Shown piece by piece: positions 18,679 to 29,666 of a stretch of 64,000 bases of DNA. The position numbers were made by a program, and so were the translations under genes. This DNA is from an uncultured Gemmatimonadota bacterium (GTDB lineage: Bacteria; Blakebacterota; Blakebacteria; Blakebacterales; Blakebacteraceae), in NCBI GenBank assembly GCA_964576115.1, contig CAZNUA010000016.1, forward strand, positions 1 to 64,000, given 5' to 3'. The notes under the pieces were generated by a model that was not told the DNA's origin, made no database searches, and saw only the letters and a program-made list of their open reading frames with translations. The stretch's first letter is position 1. The number at the start of each line of letters is the position of its first letter.

Positions 18679-20723
18679 GGCTCCTTCTCCATGACGGCCT
18701 CGACCGTCTCTTTCAGATCATCGAGCGAGAAGGGTTTGCTCATGAACGGCCGTCCCGAAGCCTCGAGGAACGCCTTGGCCTTCCGGCTCAGGGTGTCGCC
18801 GGTCAGGAAGACAACCCGATCGATCAGACGGGGGTATTCGTCCTGAATCAGGCGGAAGAGTTCCTGGCCGTCCATGACCGGCATCTTCAGGTCGAGCACG
18901 ATGGCATCGGGTTCGCGGTCGCTTTTGAGAATCTCGAGAGCCTGCCTGCCCTCGAAGGCCTTGATGATTGTATGCCCGTAATACCCGAGGGTTTCCTCAA
19001 CCAGAGTGAGGATGTTCGGTTCGTCGTCCACGACCAGGACCAGGCCGCTCGGACCGGACTCGCCGGTCGGGGGCTCCGCTTCCTCCGCCTCGACCGTTGT
19101 CGCCTCCTCGGGCAGGGCCGTCAGCGGGAGCCAGATGTCGAAAACAGCGCCTCCGCCGGGGATATTGCCGGCTTCGATGCGGCCGCGCAGATCGCGCACG
19201 ATCCGGTAGCAGATAGAGAGTCCGAGACCGGTTCCGTTGCCGATCTCCTTGGTTGTGAAGAAGGGGTCGAATACGCGGATCAGATTCTCTTCCGCTATCC
19301 CGGGTCCGGTGTCGCTGACCTGAAGGTGTACGGCTGGAACCGGCCCCTTCCCGTCGGGCGGTCCGGTCTCGACCGATTCGGTCACGATCCGGATGCGTCG
19401 TTCATCCCGGTCGGCGGCCGAGAACGCCTGGCGGGCGTTGTTGACCAGGTTGAAAATCAGCTGCTGGATCTGAAAGGGATCGAGAATGCTGGGCGGTAGT
19501 GCGTCGGCCAGATCGGTCTCGAGAATGACATTGTCGAGGCTGAGCTGGTAGCGCATCAGCGAGAGCGACTGTTCCACCGTTTCGTTCAGCGCCACTTCTT
19601 CGCCGATGGTACCTTCCCCCCGGGCGGCCCGCAGCAGATTTTCGACCAGGCGTTTGGTGCGTTCGGCCTCCCCGCCGACCTTTTCGAGTTTATCCCTGAC
19701 CTCGTCGCTGATGTCGTCGCGCCGCAGGAGCAGTTCGGTATTGCCCACCACGACGCTCAGGGGATTGTTCAGTTCGTGGCTGATACCGGCCATCAGCTCT
19801 CCGAGCCCGGCCAGTTTCTCGGCCTGGATCAGCTGGATCTGGGTCTCTTCATTCTGCTTCAGGCTTTCCTTCAGGCGCTGGATGAGATCGTTCTTGCGCA
19901 GGAACAGACTCATCGTGTCGGCGAAGATCTGCAGTAGTTTCAGATCGGTCTCGCCGAAGGATATCTCTCCGGCCCGGCGGCCGACCCCGAGCACCCCCCA
20001 GCTTTCGTCATCCACGATCAGCGGCATAAAGACAGCCGAGGAGAGCTGAGCTTCGGTGCCGACCGGTTGCTCTTCACCCATGTCCCGGGCATCGAAGAGC
20101 AGGGGGATACCCAGGCGGGCGACCCCGCCGGTCAGTCCGGTACCGACCGGCACAACTTCGGCGGGATGCAGGTTGTCGTCACCGGCGAAGGTTTCGAGGA
20201 TCAGGGCTTCACTATCCCTGTCGAGGAGCTGCAGCGTAGCCATGTCGGCTTCCATGATCAACCGCACCCTCTCGAGCATGCCCGCGTATGTGTCGTCGGG
20301 AGGAACGGTGCTGCTGAGCTCTTCGTGGACGTCGTCGAGAACCTGAATGAGCGAGAGTTTCTGGGTCAGACCGGCCCGGGTGATCTCGGCCTCGACCAGA
20401 CGGCGGCGGGTGGCCCGCAACTGCTTGTGCTTCTGGATCACATAGAGGCAGAAGAGCAGAATCATGACGGTCAGCCCGTCGACGTAGATCTCGAGATCGG
20501 CCGGCTGAAGCACCATCTCGACGGGGGGGAGCAGGCCGGGCACGTGGTTGATGATGAAGGCGATCAGGAGGCAGATGAGAACCAGCGTGACCAGCAGCCA
20601 GAGTTCCCAGTCGAGTCGGTCGACCTCCTCGAGATCCCGGGGCATGCGGCCCAGGTCGGGAGCGAGAAGAAGATCAATTCTCTCGCTGATCCTCTTCAGT
20701 GACAGTCGGTGCTCTCGTATCAT
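18675..20723 (-). CDS. membrane hybrid histidine kinase (2TM-GAF-HisKA-HATPase-REC)
   Basis: SHELNNPL H-box, NLVNNA N-box, [27 protein letters not shown]...DLKMP...KPF; ATGA overlap with uvrA. Confidence 0.92.
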   Translation of the reverse strand: MIREHRLSLKRISERIDLLLAPDLGRMPRDLEEVDRLDWELWLLVTLVLICLLIAFIINHVPGLLPPVEMVLQPADLEIYVDGLTVMILLFCLYVIQKHKQLRATRRRLVEAEITRAGLTQKLSLIQVLDDVHEELSSTVPPDDTYAGMLERVRLIMEADMATLQLLDRDSEALILETFAGDDNLHPAEVVPVGTGLTGGVARLGIPLLFDARDMGEEQPVGTEAQLSSAVFMPLIVDDESWGVLGVGRRAGEISFGETDLKLLQIFADTMSLFLRKNDLIQRLKESLKQNEETQIQLIQAEKLAGLGELMAGISHELNNPLSVVVGNTELLLRRDDISDEVRDKLEKVGGEAERTKRLVENLLRAARGEGTIGEEVALNETVEQSLSLMRYQLSLDNVILETDLADALPPSILDPFQIQQLIFNLVNNARQAFSAADRDERRIRIVTESVETGPPDGKGPVPAVHLQVSDTGPGIAEENLIRVFDPFFTTKEIGNGTGLGLSICYRIVRDLRGRIEAGNIPGGGAVFDIWLPLTALPEEATTVEAEEAEPPTGESGPSGLVLVVDDEPNILTLVEETLGYYGHTIIKAFEGRQALEILKSDREPDAIVLDLKMPVMDGQELFRLIQDEYPRLIDRVVFLTGDTLSRKAKAFLEASGRPFMSKPFSLDDLKETVEAVMEKEP

Positions 20724-23593
20724 CCCCGGCACTCTTTCCCGGTCCTGTCTTTTATTGGTGTCAGTCGAGTGAGAGCGGTCTCGAGGGCCCGGCCGGTATA
20801 CGAATCCGGCTCGGCGACGACGTCCTCGGGGCGCCCCTGAGCAACGATCCGGCCGCCGGCTTCACCCCCTTCGGGGCCCAGGTCGATCACCCAATCGGCC
20901 CGCGCCACCAGATCCATGTTGTGCTCGATGACTATTGCCGTATGACCGCTCTCCACTAGTTCCTCAATACAATCGGCCAGCTGTCCGACTTCGGTGCCGT
21001 GCAGACCGGTCGTCGGTTCGTCGAACAGATACAGCACTTCTCCTCCCGGTCGGCGCCTGAGATGGGCCGCCAGTTTCACCCGCTGGGCCTCGCCGGCGGA
21101 GAGTTCGCTGGCCGGCTGTCCCAGTCTGAGGTACCCCAACCCGACTCGCTGCAGGGGGCGCAGGGCACGCACTACCGCCGCATGCGATCGAAAGAAGCTT
21201 ATCGCCTGTTCGACGGTCAGGTCCAGAACATCGCTGATATTCCGCCCCCGATAACGTACCTCGAGTACCCGGGGGGTGAACCGCCGGCCGTTGCAGGCCT
21301 CGCACCGCAGGGTCACATCGGCCATGAACTGCATGTCCACCGTGACCGTTCCGACTCCTTCGCACTCCGGGCAGCGCCCCCCCCTGGTATTGAAGGAAAA
21401 GGCGCCCGGTTCCAGACCGAGGCGGCGGGCCTGATCGGTCGCCGCGAATACCTTCCTGATACCGTCCCAGGCCTTGAGGTAGGTAGCCGGATTGCTGCGC
21501 CGTCCGGCACCGAGCGGCCCCTGGTCGACACTCTCGATCCCGGTCAACCCTTCATAGCCCGTACATCTGTCGTACGCACCCGGACGCCCGGCGGTTGCCG
21601 GCTGCGAACCCGGACTCGGATCGGGAGCCAGCTCGAGAGCACGTTCGAGAGCCGGCTTGAGAACATCGTACAGCAGGGTCGATTTCCCCGATCCCGAGAC
21701 CCCGGTCAGGCAGGTCAGCAGGCCGCGGGGAATCTCGACCTCCAGGTCCTGCAGATTGTGTTCCCGCACGCCCTCGAGGCGCAGCCAGCCCTTCTTCGGA
21801 CGGCGCCGGCGCAGCTGGCGGGGAGGCCCGGTCCGTCCCTGCAGGTAGCGCCCGGTCGCCGTGTCGGCCTCGTGCAGCAGGCCATGGATCGATCCTTCGT
21901 AGACGATCCGTCCGCCTTTCTCGCCGCTGCCCGGGCCCAGATCCACGACATGGTCGGCCGCAGCGATCAGATCGCGATCGTGCTCCACCACAATGACGGT
22001 GTTCCCCCGGTCGCGCAGGGAACGAATGATATCCAGCAACCGGCCGACATCGCGGGGATGCAGACCGACACTTGGCTCGTCGAGCACATAGGTCGTTCCC
22101 ACCAGGACCGTACCGAGCACGCTGGCCAGAGCGATCCGTTGCGCCTCGCCTCCCGAGAGAGTGCGGGAGAGACGATCGAGGGTCAGGTATCCGAGCCCGA
22201 CCTCTTCGAGGTAGGCCAGGCGGGCTTGGGCTTCGGCCACGATCGGGACATAGACCGCCCCGGCTTCGGGATCGAGTTCGATTCGGTCCAGCCAGGCCCG
22301 GGCCGAAGTCACGGTCAGACCGAGCACCTGGCCGGCATTGAAACCGCCGAGTTCGTACATCCGGCTCTCATCCCGCAGGCGCGTACCGTTGCAGGCAGTG
22401 CAGGGCACGTAGGAGCGATAGCGGGCCAGAAACACCCGGATATGCATCCGGTATTTCTTCCGCTCCAGCTTCTGAAAGTACCCCTCAACCCCCCTGAAGC
22501 GACCGAAACCCTGCCAGACGAGATCCTGCTCTTCACGGCGCAGTTTCTCCCACGGCACATCGAGTCGCACGCCGGCTGCCGGAGCTTCTTCTTCGAGTCG
22601 TTTCTGCCACCGCCGGCCGGCCGGTTTCGTCCACGGTTCCACCGCCCCTTCAGCCAGCGTCAGGCGGGGATCGGGGATGACGTACTCGGGCAGATAGACA
22701 ATGATGGCGCCGAAGCCCTCGCAGACGGGACAGGCACCGTAGGGGGAGTTGAAACTGAAGAGCTGAGGTCGGGGATCGGGAAAGGAACGACCGCAGCTCG
22801 AACAGACATACCCCTCCGAGAACGAGTCTTCTCCTCCATCGGGGCCGACCACTATCAGCCGGCCGTGCCCCTCGGAGTAGGCGCTCTCGACCGCTTCGCG
22901 CACGCGGGTGCGCGCCGCCGAAGCGGGCAGGCGGTCGAGCACGAGCCGGGGGCGGAGGCGCTGGAACCCGTCATCGAGCAGGGCGGCCGTGATGGCACTT
23001 TTCCCGTCGGGCCGGTCCAGGCGCCCGATACGGTCCCCGAGCAGAACCCGCAGGTACCCCTCCTGCAGCAGCGAACGGACGCGGGCTTCGCCCTGGGACG
23101 ATGATGCGGCCGGAGCGAGCGGCGCGGTGACAAGCAGTGGCGCCTGACCGGTCTGGAGGCGGGAGCGCAGATGAGCGGTCACCCGGTCGGGATGATCGGC
23201 CCGCACCTCGATGCCGCAATCGGGACAGCTCAGGGTGGCCAGCCGGGCGAAGAGCAGGCGGACGACATCGGCCAGTTCGGTCATGGTGGCGACCGTGGAG
23301 CGGCTGCTGCGCGGGGGCGGAGTACGCCCCACCGCCACGGTCGGCGTGATGCCCGCGGCGGTATCGAGATCGGGTTTCTCCATGCGTTCGAGGAACTGCC
23401 GGACGTAGGGATTGAGCGACTCGGTATAGCGCCTCTGGCCCTCGGTGTAGATGGTGTCGAAAGCCAGACTCGATTTTCCCGAACCGGAGGGACCGGTGAT
23501 GAGAATGAGACGGTTGTGGGGCAGATCGAGATCGAGATCGCGCAAATTGTGAACGCGAACCCCACGCAGTTCGAGTGTCCTGTCACGTGACAT
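20720..23593 (-). CDS. uvrA: excinuclease ABC subunit A (UvrA family)
   Basis: start ATG 23593 (MSRDRTLELRGVRVHNL); two Walker A (GPSGSGKS, GVSGSGKS), LSGGEAQR/LSAGEAQR, CxxC zinc fingers, FSFNS. Confidence 0.95.
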   Translation of the reverse strand: MSRDRTLELRGVRVHNLRDLDLDLPHNRLILITGPSGSGKSSLAFDTIYTEGQRRYTESLNPYVRQFLERMEKPDLDTAAGITPTVAVGRTPPPRSSRSTVATMTELADVVRLLFARLATLSCPDCGIEVRADHPDRVTAHLRSRLQTGQAPLLVTAPLAPAASSSQGEARVRSLLQEGYLRVLLGDRIGRLDRPDGKSAITAALLDDGFQRLRPRLVLDRLPASAARTRVREAVESAYSEGHGRLIVVGPDGGEDSFSEGYVCSSCGRSFPDPRPQLFSFNSPYGACPVCEGFGAIIVYLPEYVIPDPRLTLAEGAVEPWTKPAGRRWQKRLEEEAPAAGVRLDVPWEKLRREEQDLVWQGFGRFRGVEGYFQKLERKKYRMHIRVFLARYRSYVPCTACNGTRLRDESRMYELGGFNAGQVLGLTVTSARAWLDRIELDPEAGAVYVPIVAEAQARLAYLEEVGLGYLTLDRLSRTLSGGEAQRIALASVLGTVLVGTTYVLDEPSVGLHPRDVGRLLDIIRSLRDRGNTVIVVEHDRDLIAAADHVVDLGPGSGEKGGRIVYEGSIHGLLHEADTATGRYLQGRTGPPRQLRRRRPKKGWLRLEGVREHNLQDLEVEIPRGLLTCLTGVSGSGKSTLLYDVLKPALERALELAPDPSPGSQPATAGRPGAYDRCTGYEGLTGIESVDQGPLGAGRRSNPATYLKAWDGIRKVFAATDQARRLGLEPGAFSFNTRGGRCPECEGVGTVTVDMQFMADVTLRCEACNGRRFTPRVLEVRYRGRNISDVLDLTVEQAISFFRSHAAVVRALRPLQRVGLGYLRLGQPASELSAGEAQRVKLAAHLRRRPGGEVLYLFDEPTTGLHGTEVGQLADCIEELVESGHTAIVIEHNMDLVARADWVIDLGPEGGEAGGRIVAQGRPEDVVAEPDSYTGRALETALTRLTPIKDRTGKECRG

Positions 23594-23756
23594 GTGTCGG
23601 CACCGAGAGTGACGCTGCGCCCGTCCGGCCAGGCGCGGCGACGATGCAGTAGCAGTAGCTACGGCGAGGAGGCGCAACGCCGCCGGCCGGGATGCAGCGC
23701 CGCTCGAATACGGCATGTGTTGCGTGACAGGGCACCAAATGATCGCCCACGGCGGT

Positions 23757-24254
23757 TCAGAGAGCGGCCAGGTCGCGCATCGCCCCGGCGAGGTCGTCGG
23801 GGATGGGCACCACTTTCCGGTCGGGTCCGATGCTGACCAGAGCCGTCCACCCCTCGACGATAACCTCATTCTCGGCGTCCTGGCGCAGAACCCGGTAGGC
23901 GAACGTGCAGGATCGGGTGCGCAGCTCGACGAGCCTGGTTTCGATGACGAGCCGGTCGTCGTAGGAGGCCGAGGCCAGGAACCGCAGATGGCTTTCGGCG
24001 ATGACCAGGGCGTGACCTCGTTCCTCGAGATCGCGGTAAGAGGTCCCGGTGGCCTTGACCCAGTCGGTCCGCCCGACCTCGAAGTAGATGAGGTAGTTGG
24101 AGTGATAGACAATAGCCTGGGCGTCGGTCTCGGCGTAACGGACCCGGATCGGAACCCGACCGACATGCTCGCCAGGACGCACCTCGCCGGGATCGATCGT
24201 CGGTACGTTCCGGTCTTTTCCGGCAGCAGTGCCCTTCTCGGTGTCTTGCGCCAC
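23757..24254 (-). CDS. acyl-CoA thioesterase (4HBT/YbgC family)
   Basis: RVRYAETDAQAIVYHSNYLIYFEVGR hot-dog motif. Confidence 0.9.
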   Translation of the reverse strand: MAQDTEKGTAAGKDRNVPTIDPGEVRPGEHVGRVPIRVRYAETDAQAIVYHSNYLIYFEVGRTDWVKATGTSYRDLEERGHALVIAESHLRFLASASYDDRLVIETRLVELRTRSCTFAYRVLRQDAENEVIVEGWTALVSIGPDRKVVPIPDDLAGAMRDLAAL

Positions 24255-24282
24255 TTGTCAGCCTCGCTTGGTGATGCGGCTC

Positions 24283-25734
24283 TCAGGAACCGGGGATCTC
24301 GAGTTCCCCGCGATCGCGGCGGGCGATGATTTCCTTGAAGACCTTCACACAATCACCGTCGATATGCCCCACCTCGACCAGTCGATCGAGAGTCTGGAAA
24401 GCCTCGGCGGTATTCATGCGGGAGCGGTAGATCCGATCGCTGATTATAGCATCGAAGATGTCGGCGACGGTGATGATCCGGCCCGCCAGACTGATCTCGT
24501 CGCCGGCGAGTCCGCGGGGATAGCCGCTGCCGTCGAGGCGTTCGTGATGTTCGGAGATGGCTTGTTTGACCGGTTCGGGCAGAGGCAGCGGGGCGACGAT
24601 TCTCTCGCTCATCATCACGTGCCCCTTGATGACTTCATATTCCTCGGCGGTCAGATTTCCCTCTTTGAGCAGGATCGTCTCGGGAATCCCGATCTTGCCG
24701 GCATCGTGCAGCAGGCCGGCCACCCGCATGGCATCCACCACCTCGGGCCCGGCCCCGATCACGCGGGCCAGGATCTGACCGAACCAGCCCACTTTTTCGC
24801 TGTGGCCGCGGGTATAGGGATCCTTGGCCTCGACCGCCGCCACCAGAGAACGAATCGCACCCAGGTACTGTTCCTGCAGCGAGTTATAGAGACTGGCATT
24901 CTTGATCGCCACCGCCGCCCCTGAACCGATGATGGCCAGGGCCTTCTCCTGAGCGGGCAGGAAGGGCGGCGAGCCGGGCTCTTTCTGGACGGTCAGCAGA
25001 CCGACCAGTTCGCCCCCGGCGCGCAGGGGCAAGGCCAGCAGCGGGCCGTGTTCGTCGGTGCCGGTCCGTGCCGTGGCCCCGCTCGAGTCGGCGAGTTCCC
25101 GTGCCAGGGCGAGCATCTCGGAGTCGGGCAGCTCGCGCACCCTCTCGGCCGTGCCGCGGGTGATGCAATCCCGCACCTCCGGATCCTCCCCGGCGTCCTC
25201 GAACAGGGCCAGGCGGGCAGCCGTGCCTTCGAGTTCGTCCACGGCCACATCGAGTACCATGGTCAGGTACCCGGGCAGGTCGAGGGGAGCTTCGAGGGCT
25301 TCGCTGGCCCGGTAGAGCGCCAGGCTCTCCTTCAGGCTCACGTTCTCGCGGGCCAGGCGCTGTTTCTCCAGACTGGAGGCGATCACGTGATCGAGGGCTT
25401 CGAGGGTGAAGGGCTTGAGAATGTAGTTTTCGGCCCCGCTCAGCAGGGCGTCGATGGCGTTCTCTACAGTCGGATAGGCGGTCATGAGCACGACCATCGT
25501 ACCGGCGGTATCGGCTCCTTTCGCGACCCGCAGGATATCCATGCCGGTCAGGGCACCCATCTTCAGATCGGTCAGCACCAGGTCGTACGTGCCGTTCCCG
25601 ATCAGGTTGAGCGCCTCTTCGGGGCGGTTGCTTCCGGTACAGGCATAACCCCGATCGGTCAGGAATTCCTGAACCAGCTCGACGATGTGCGGCTCGTCGT
25701 CCACGACGAGAATCTGTGCCTTCGGCTCCGGCAT
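24283..25734 (-). CDS. response regulator REC-GAF-HD-GYP cyclic di-GMP phosphodiesterase
   Basis: start ATG 25734; VVDDE/DLKM/KPF; KDPYTRGHS, LHDAGK, HHERLDGSGYP, ADIFDA. Confidence 0.92.
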   Translation of the reverse strand: MPEPKAQILVVDDEPHIVELVQEFLTDRGYACTGSNRPEEALNLIGNGTYDLVLTDLKMGALTGMDILRVAKGADTAGTMVVLMTAYPTVENAIDALLSGAENYILKPFTLEALDHVIASSLEKQRLARENVSLKESLALYRASEALEAPLDLPGYLTMVLDVAVDELEGTAARLALFEDAGEDPEVRDCITRGTAERVRELPDSEMLALARELADSSGATARTGTDEHGPLLALPLRAGGELVGLLTVQKEPGSPPFLPAQEKALAIIGSGAAVAIKNASLYNSLQEQYLGAIRSLVAAVEAKDPYTRGHSEKVGWFGQILARVIGAGPEVVDAMRVAGLLHDAGKIGIPETILLKEGNLTAEEYEVIKGHVMMSERIVAPLPLPEPVKQAISEHHERLDGSGYPRGLAGDEISLAGRIITVADIFDAIISDRIYRSRMNTAEAFQTLDRLVEVGHIDGDCVKVFKEIIARRDRGELEIPGS

Positions 25735-25982
25735 GCTGATAGTGTGCCTTTCCGGCCGGACTTGCGCCAGTTCTGTTTTATGACAAGGCTCTGCGGGGGC
25801 CGCCGGCGCCGGGAACGCTCCCATCGACGCAGCGGAGCGCCGGGCCGGATCTCCGGCCCGGCGGTCTCGGGCCTGCCCTTTCGCGTTGACTCTCCACCCC
25901 GCCCCCCTACCTTTGATGCCATTGGAACGAAGACTCATATGCTGGCCCACCCGCCCGGCATATCCCGGCTCTGGAGAAGGTC

Positions 25983-26231
25983 ATGACCGAGAACACCACC
26001 CCCGATACCGACCTGAAAGAACGCGTTGAAAAGGTCCTCGACGGTCTGCGTCCCGCCCTGCAGATGGACGGCGGCGACGTCGAATTCGTGGACATCCGGG
26101 ACGGCATCGTGATGCTGCGTCTGATGGGCGCCTGTGCCGGCTGCCCGATGTCAACCATGACCCTGAAGATGGGGATCGAGCGGCGTCTGAAGGACGCCGT
26201 GCCTGAAGTCGTCAGCGTCGAAGCGGTCTGA
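25983..26231 (+). CDS. NifU C-terminal/NfuA-like Fe-S cluster scaffold protein
   Basis: LRPALQMDGGDVE, GACAGCPMSTMTLKMGIE; GGAGAAGG RBS. Confidence 0.93.
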   Translation: MTENTTPDTDLKERVEKVLDGLRPALQMDGGDVEFVDIRDGIVMLRLMGACAGCPMSTMTLKMGIERRLKDAVPEVVSVEAV

Positions 26232-26409
26232 ACGAAGCCCGACGTCTCCCCTTTCCTCTCTTCACGATCCCCCTGTCCGTTTCCCCGACGGCTGAGACTG
26301 CGCGACGGTTGAATATCACCGGTCGGCTGGGGTATCACTAACAGAACGACTGTATGGTCCGGTACCCGCACGCAGACCGGACATGAGTAACCCTGACCGG
26401 AGTCAACCG

Positions 26410-29400
26410 ATGAACCCGCGATCCTCTTTCCTCCGCCTGCCGGCCTGTACGGCCTTGATCCTGATGCTGGCATCTTCGGTGCCCGCCGGTGCGCAGAGCA
26501 CCGACTCCTTCCCGATCGATCTGACGTGGCGCCAGATAGGCCCCTGGAGGGGCGGTCGTTCGGTGGCCTGCAGCGGAGTGCGCCAGCGGCCCGAGGAGTA
26601 CTACTTCGGGGCCACCGGCGGCGGGGTGTGGAAAACGACCGATGCCGGCTTGAACTGGACCAATGTCTCCGATGGTTTCGTCGGCACCGGTTCGGTCGGC
26701 GCCGTGGCGGTGAGCGATTCCGATCCCGACCGCGTCTACGTCGGTATGGGCGAAACCCAGATCCGGGGTAATATCTCCCACGGCGACGGTGTCTATCGGT
26801 CGACCGATGCGGGCCAGAGCTGGCAGCACATGGGGCTGCGCGAAACCCAGTTCATCGCCCGGATCCGTATCCACCCCGACAATCCCGATCTGGTCTATGT
26901 GGCCGCCCTCGGTCATGTCTATGGTGCCAATCCCGAGCGGGGGATTTTTCGCTCCCGCGACGGGGGCCGGAGCTGGGAGAATATTCTCTTCGTGAGCGAT
27001 CGGGCCGGAGCGGTCGATCTTTCGATGGATCCGCACAATCCGGCGGTGCTCTACGCCGCCACCTGGGAGGCCTGGAGAACCCCCTGGACCCTGAACTCGG
27101 GCGGGCCCGGCTCGAAACTGTTCAAGACCACCGACGGGGGGGACACCTGGACCGAGCTGACCCGCAATCCGGGTCTGCCCCAGGGAACGATCGGCAAGAT
27201 CGGGGTGGCCGTTTCACCGGTTGATCCCGACCGGGTCTGGGCGATCGTCGAGGCCGCCGACGGGGGAATCTTTCTTTCCGACGACGCCGGGGCAACCTGG
27301 CGCCTGGTCGACGACGACCGACGCTTCCGCCAGCGGGCCTGGTACTACACCCGCATCTACGCCGATCCGCAGGATCGGGCCACGGTCTACGTCCTCAACA
27401 CCGGTTTCTACAAGTCGACCGACGAGGGCGAAAGCTGGTCCTCGATCCGGGTGCCGCACGGCGACAATCACGACCTCTGGCTCAATCCCGACGATCCGCA
27501 GAAGATGGTCAACACCAACGACGGCTCGGCCAACGTTTCCCTCGATGGCGGGCAAAGCTGGAGCGAGCAGGACATTCCCACCGCCCAGTTCTACCACGTC
27601 GTGACCGACAACGCTTTCCCCTACCGGATCTATGGCGCTCAGCAGGACAACTCGACGGTCCGCATCGCCAGTCGCACGCAGGGATCGGGTATCACCGCCG
27701 ACGACTGGGAAGGTACGGCGGGAGGCGAGAGCGGCTATATCGCTCCCAAACCCGACGATCCCGAGATCGTCTTCGGAGGTTCATACGGCGGGTACCTGAT
27801 GCGGGTCGACCACCGTACCGGCATGGCGCGTAACGTCAATGCCTGGCCCGACAACCCGATGGGCCACGGAGCGATCGATCCGAAACACCGCTTCCAGTGG
27901 ACCTTCCCGATTGTATTCAGCCCCCACGATCCCGACCTGCTCTACACCTGCTCACAGCACCTGCTCAAGTCCACCAACGGCGGCGAAACCTGGAAAGCGA
28001 TCAGCCCCGACCTGACCCGCAACGATCCCTCGAAGCTGGGGCCTTCGGGAGGTCCGATCACCAAGGACAACACCAGCGTGGAGTACTACTGCACCATCTT
28101 CACCGTCGCCGAATCCCCTCTGCTACCCGGTCTGATCTGGACCGGCTCCGACGACGGACTGGTGCACATCACCCATGACGGCGGGGCTTCGTGGCAGAAC
28201 ATCACCCCGCCCGGAATGCCGGAGTGGGGTCTGTGCAGCATGATCGAGGCTTCCCCCCATGAGGCCGGCACGGCCTGGCTGGCGGTCGACAACCACGAGA
28301 ACGACGATTTCACCCCGTACATCTTCGTCACGCGCGATTTCGGTGCGACCTGGTCAAAGATCACCAGCGGGCTGCCGAACACCACCTTCGTACGGGTGGT
28401 TCGCGAGGACCCGCACCGATCCGATCTACTCTATGCCGGGACCGAAATGGGGATTTTCGTGAGTTTCACCGGGGGTCAGCGCTGGGAATCGCTGCAGTTC
28501 AATCTGCCTCTGGTGCCGATCCACGACCTGGTCGTGAAAGAGGATGACATCATCGTCGCCACCCATGGCCGTTCCTTCTGGGTCCTGGATGACATCACCC
28601 CTCTGCACCAGTTCGACGAAGCAATCGGCGCCGCCCCGACTCATCTGTTCAAGCCCAGGGACGCCTGGCGGATCCAGTGGGGAGGCGGATACGGCCGTTA
28701 CGGGGGCGGCGGCGGGGAGGTGGGTGAGAACCCCCCCAGCGGTGTTGTGCTGACCTGGTCTCTGGGGACCGATGTCGAGCGGGTGGAGTTCGCGTTCATC
28801 GATCCCGCGGGCGAGGTTTTCATGACCATGGCCAGCGATGAGGGCTCCGGCGGCGGGCGGGGTCGCGGGCCGTCGATACCGACCACCGCAGGGACCCACC
28901 GCACGTCGGCCTGGCTGCAGTATCCCGGCTTCCGGGGTTTCGAGGGCATGATCACCTGGGCGGCACGCTCGCGTCCCATCCCCGCCCCACCGGGTGAATA
29001 CACGGCCCGTCTGACGGTCACGACCGGGGGCAGGTCCACCTCACATGAACATTCCTTCCACTGGATGGCCGATCCGCGCAGCGGCTCCTCGGACGCCGAC
29101 CTGCAGGCCCAGTTCGATCTGGCCATGCGGATCACGGCTCGCACCAACGAAGCCAACGATGCCGTCTGGACAATCCGGGAAGTGAAGCGGCTGGTGAACG
29201 AAGAAATCGAGGCGGCCGGCGACCGCGCCCTGGAACGGGCCGGTGACGCCCTCATCGAGGCTCTCTCTCATCCCGAGGCCGAGATCTATCAAGTCCGCAA
29301 CCGGAGCGGGCAGGATCCCCTCAACTTCCCGATCAAGCTCAATGACAAGATCGGGGGGCTGCTGGGAGTGGTGCTGACCGGCGATTACCGACCGACCGAT

Positions 29401-29562
29401 CAGTGCTACGAGGTCTTCGCCGATCTCTCGGCCCAGCTGCAGGTCCAGCTCGACGCCATCGAGCGCACCTGGGAAACCGAACTGGCCGCTTTCAACAACC
29501 GGTTGCGCCGGCTCGGGCGGGAAGAGATCGCTGTTCCGGTCCGTGGCGAGGACGACCGCTAG
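26410..29562 (+). CDS. secreted BNR/Asp-box (VPS10/sortilin-like) beta-propeller protein
   Basis: signal peptide ending AGA-Q; WRQIGPWRGGR; many S/TxDxGxxW Asp-box repeats; C-terminal helical region. Confidence 0.88.
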   Translation: MNPRSSFLRLPACTALILMLASSVPAGAQSTDSFPIDLTWRQIGPWRGGRSVACSGVRQRPEEYYFGATGGGVWKTTDAGLNWTNVSDGFVGTGSVGAVAVSDSDPDRVYVGMGETQIRGNISHGDGVYRSTDAGQSWQHMGLRETQFIARIRIHPDNPDLVYVAALGHVYGANPERGIFRSRDGGRSWENILFVSDRAGAVDLSMDPHNPAVLYAATWEAWRTPWTLNSGGPGSKLFKTTDGGDTWTELTRNPGLPQGTIGKIGVAVSPVDPDRVWAIVEAADGGIFLSDDAGATWRLVDDDRRFRQRAWYYTRIYADPQDRATVYVLNTGFYKSTDEGESWSSIRVPHGDNHDLWLNPDDPQKMVNTNDGSANVSLDGGQSWSEQDIPTAQFYHVVTDNAFPYRIYGAQQDNSTVRIASRTQGSGITADDWEGTAGGESGYIAPKPDDPEIVFGGSYGGYLMRVDHRTGMARNVNAWPDNPMGHGAIDPKHRFQWTFPIVFSPHDPDLLYTCSQHLLKSTNGGETWKAISPDLTRNDPSKLGPSGGPITKDNTSVEYYCTIFTVAESPLLPGLIWTGSDDGLVHITHDGGASWQNITPPGMPEWGLCSMIEASPHEAGTAWLAVDNHENDDFTPYIFVTRDFGATWSKITSGLPNTTFVRVVREDPHRSDLLYAGTEMGIFVSFTGGQRWESLQFNLPLVPIHDLVVKEDDIIVATHGRSFWVLDDITPLHQFDEAIGAAPTHLFKPRDAWRIQWGGGYGRYGGGGGEVGENPPSGVVLTWSLGTDVERVEFAFIDPAGEVFMTMASDEGSGGGRGRGPSIPTTAGTHRTSAWLQYPGFRGFEGMITWAARSRPIPAPPGEYTARLTVTTGGRSTSHEHSFHWMADPRSGSSDADLQAQFDLAMRITARTNEANDAVWTIREVKRLVNEEIEAAGDRALERAGDALIEALSHPEAEIYQVRNRSGQDPLNFPIKLNDKIGGLLGVVLTGDYRPTDQCYEVFADLSAQLQVQLDAIERTWETELAAFNNRLRRLGREEIAVPVRGEDDR

Positions 29563-29614
29563 GAGTAACCGGCGATCGTGAGGTTTGTGCTGGCGCCGGG
29601 ATCGCGGCAAGAGC

Positions 29615-29657
29615 CGTTCCCGCTCCGGAAACCGATCCGGTTCCCGGAGCGGGAACG
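29615..29657. terminator. strong hairpin between convergent genes, probable bidirectional terminator
   Basis: CGTTCCCGCTCCGG-AAACCG atc CGGTTC-CCGGAGCGGGAACG, 14-bp perfect outer stem; no clear U-tract. Confidence 0.6.
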
Positions 29658-29666
29658 AGGATAAGG

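Noticed and set aside
23594-24352. 253-aa N-terminal extension of UvrA in the ORF track (1210 aa)
   Set aside because: Low-complexity Pro/Ser/Arg translation overlapping the thioesterase gene in another frame; UvrA motifs start at ATG 23593
25755-25770. TGGCGCAAGTCCGGC upstream of the HD-GYP gene as a sigma-54 promoter
   Set aside because: Spacing fits but the -12 element (CGGC) is poor; likely chance in GC-rich DNA
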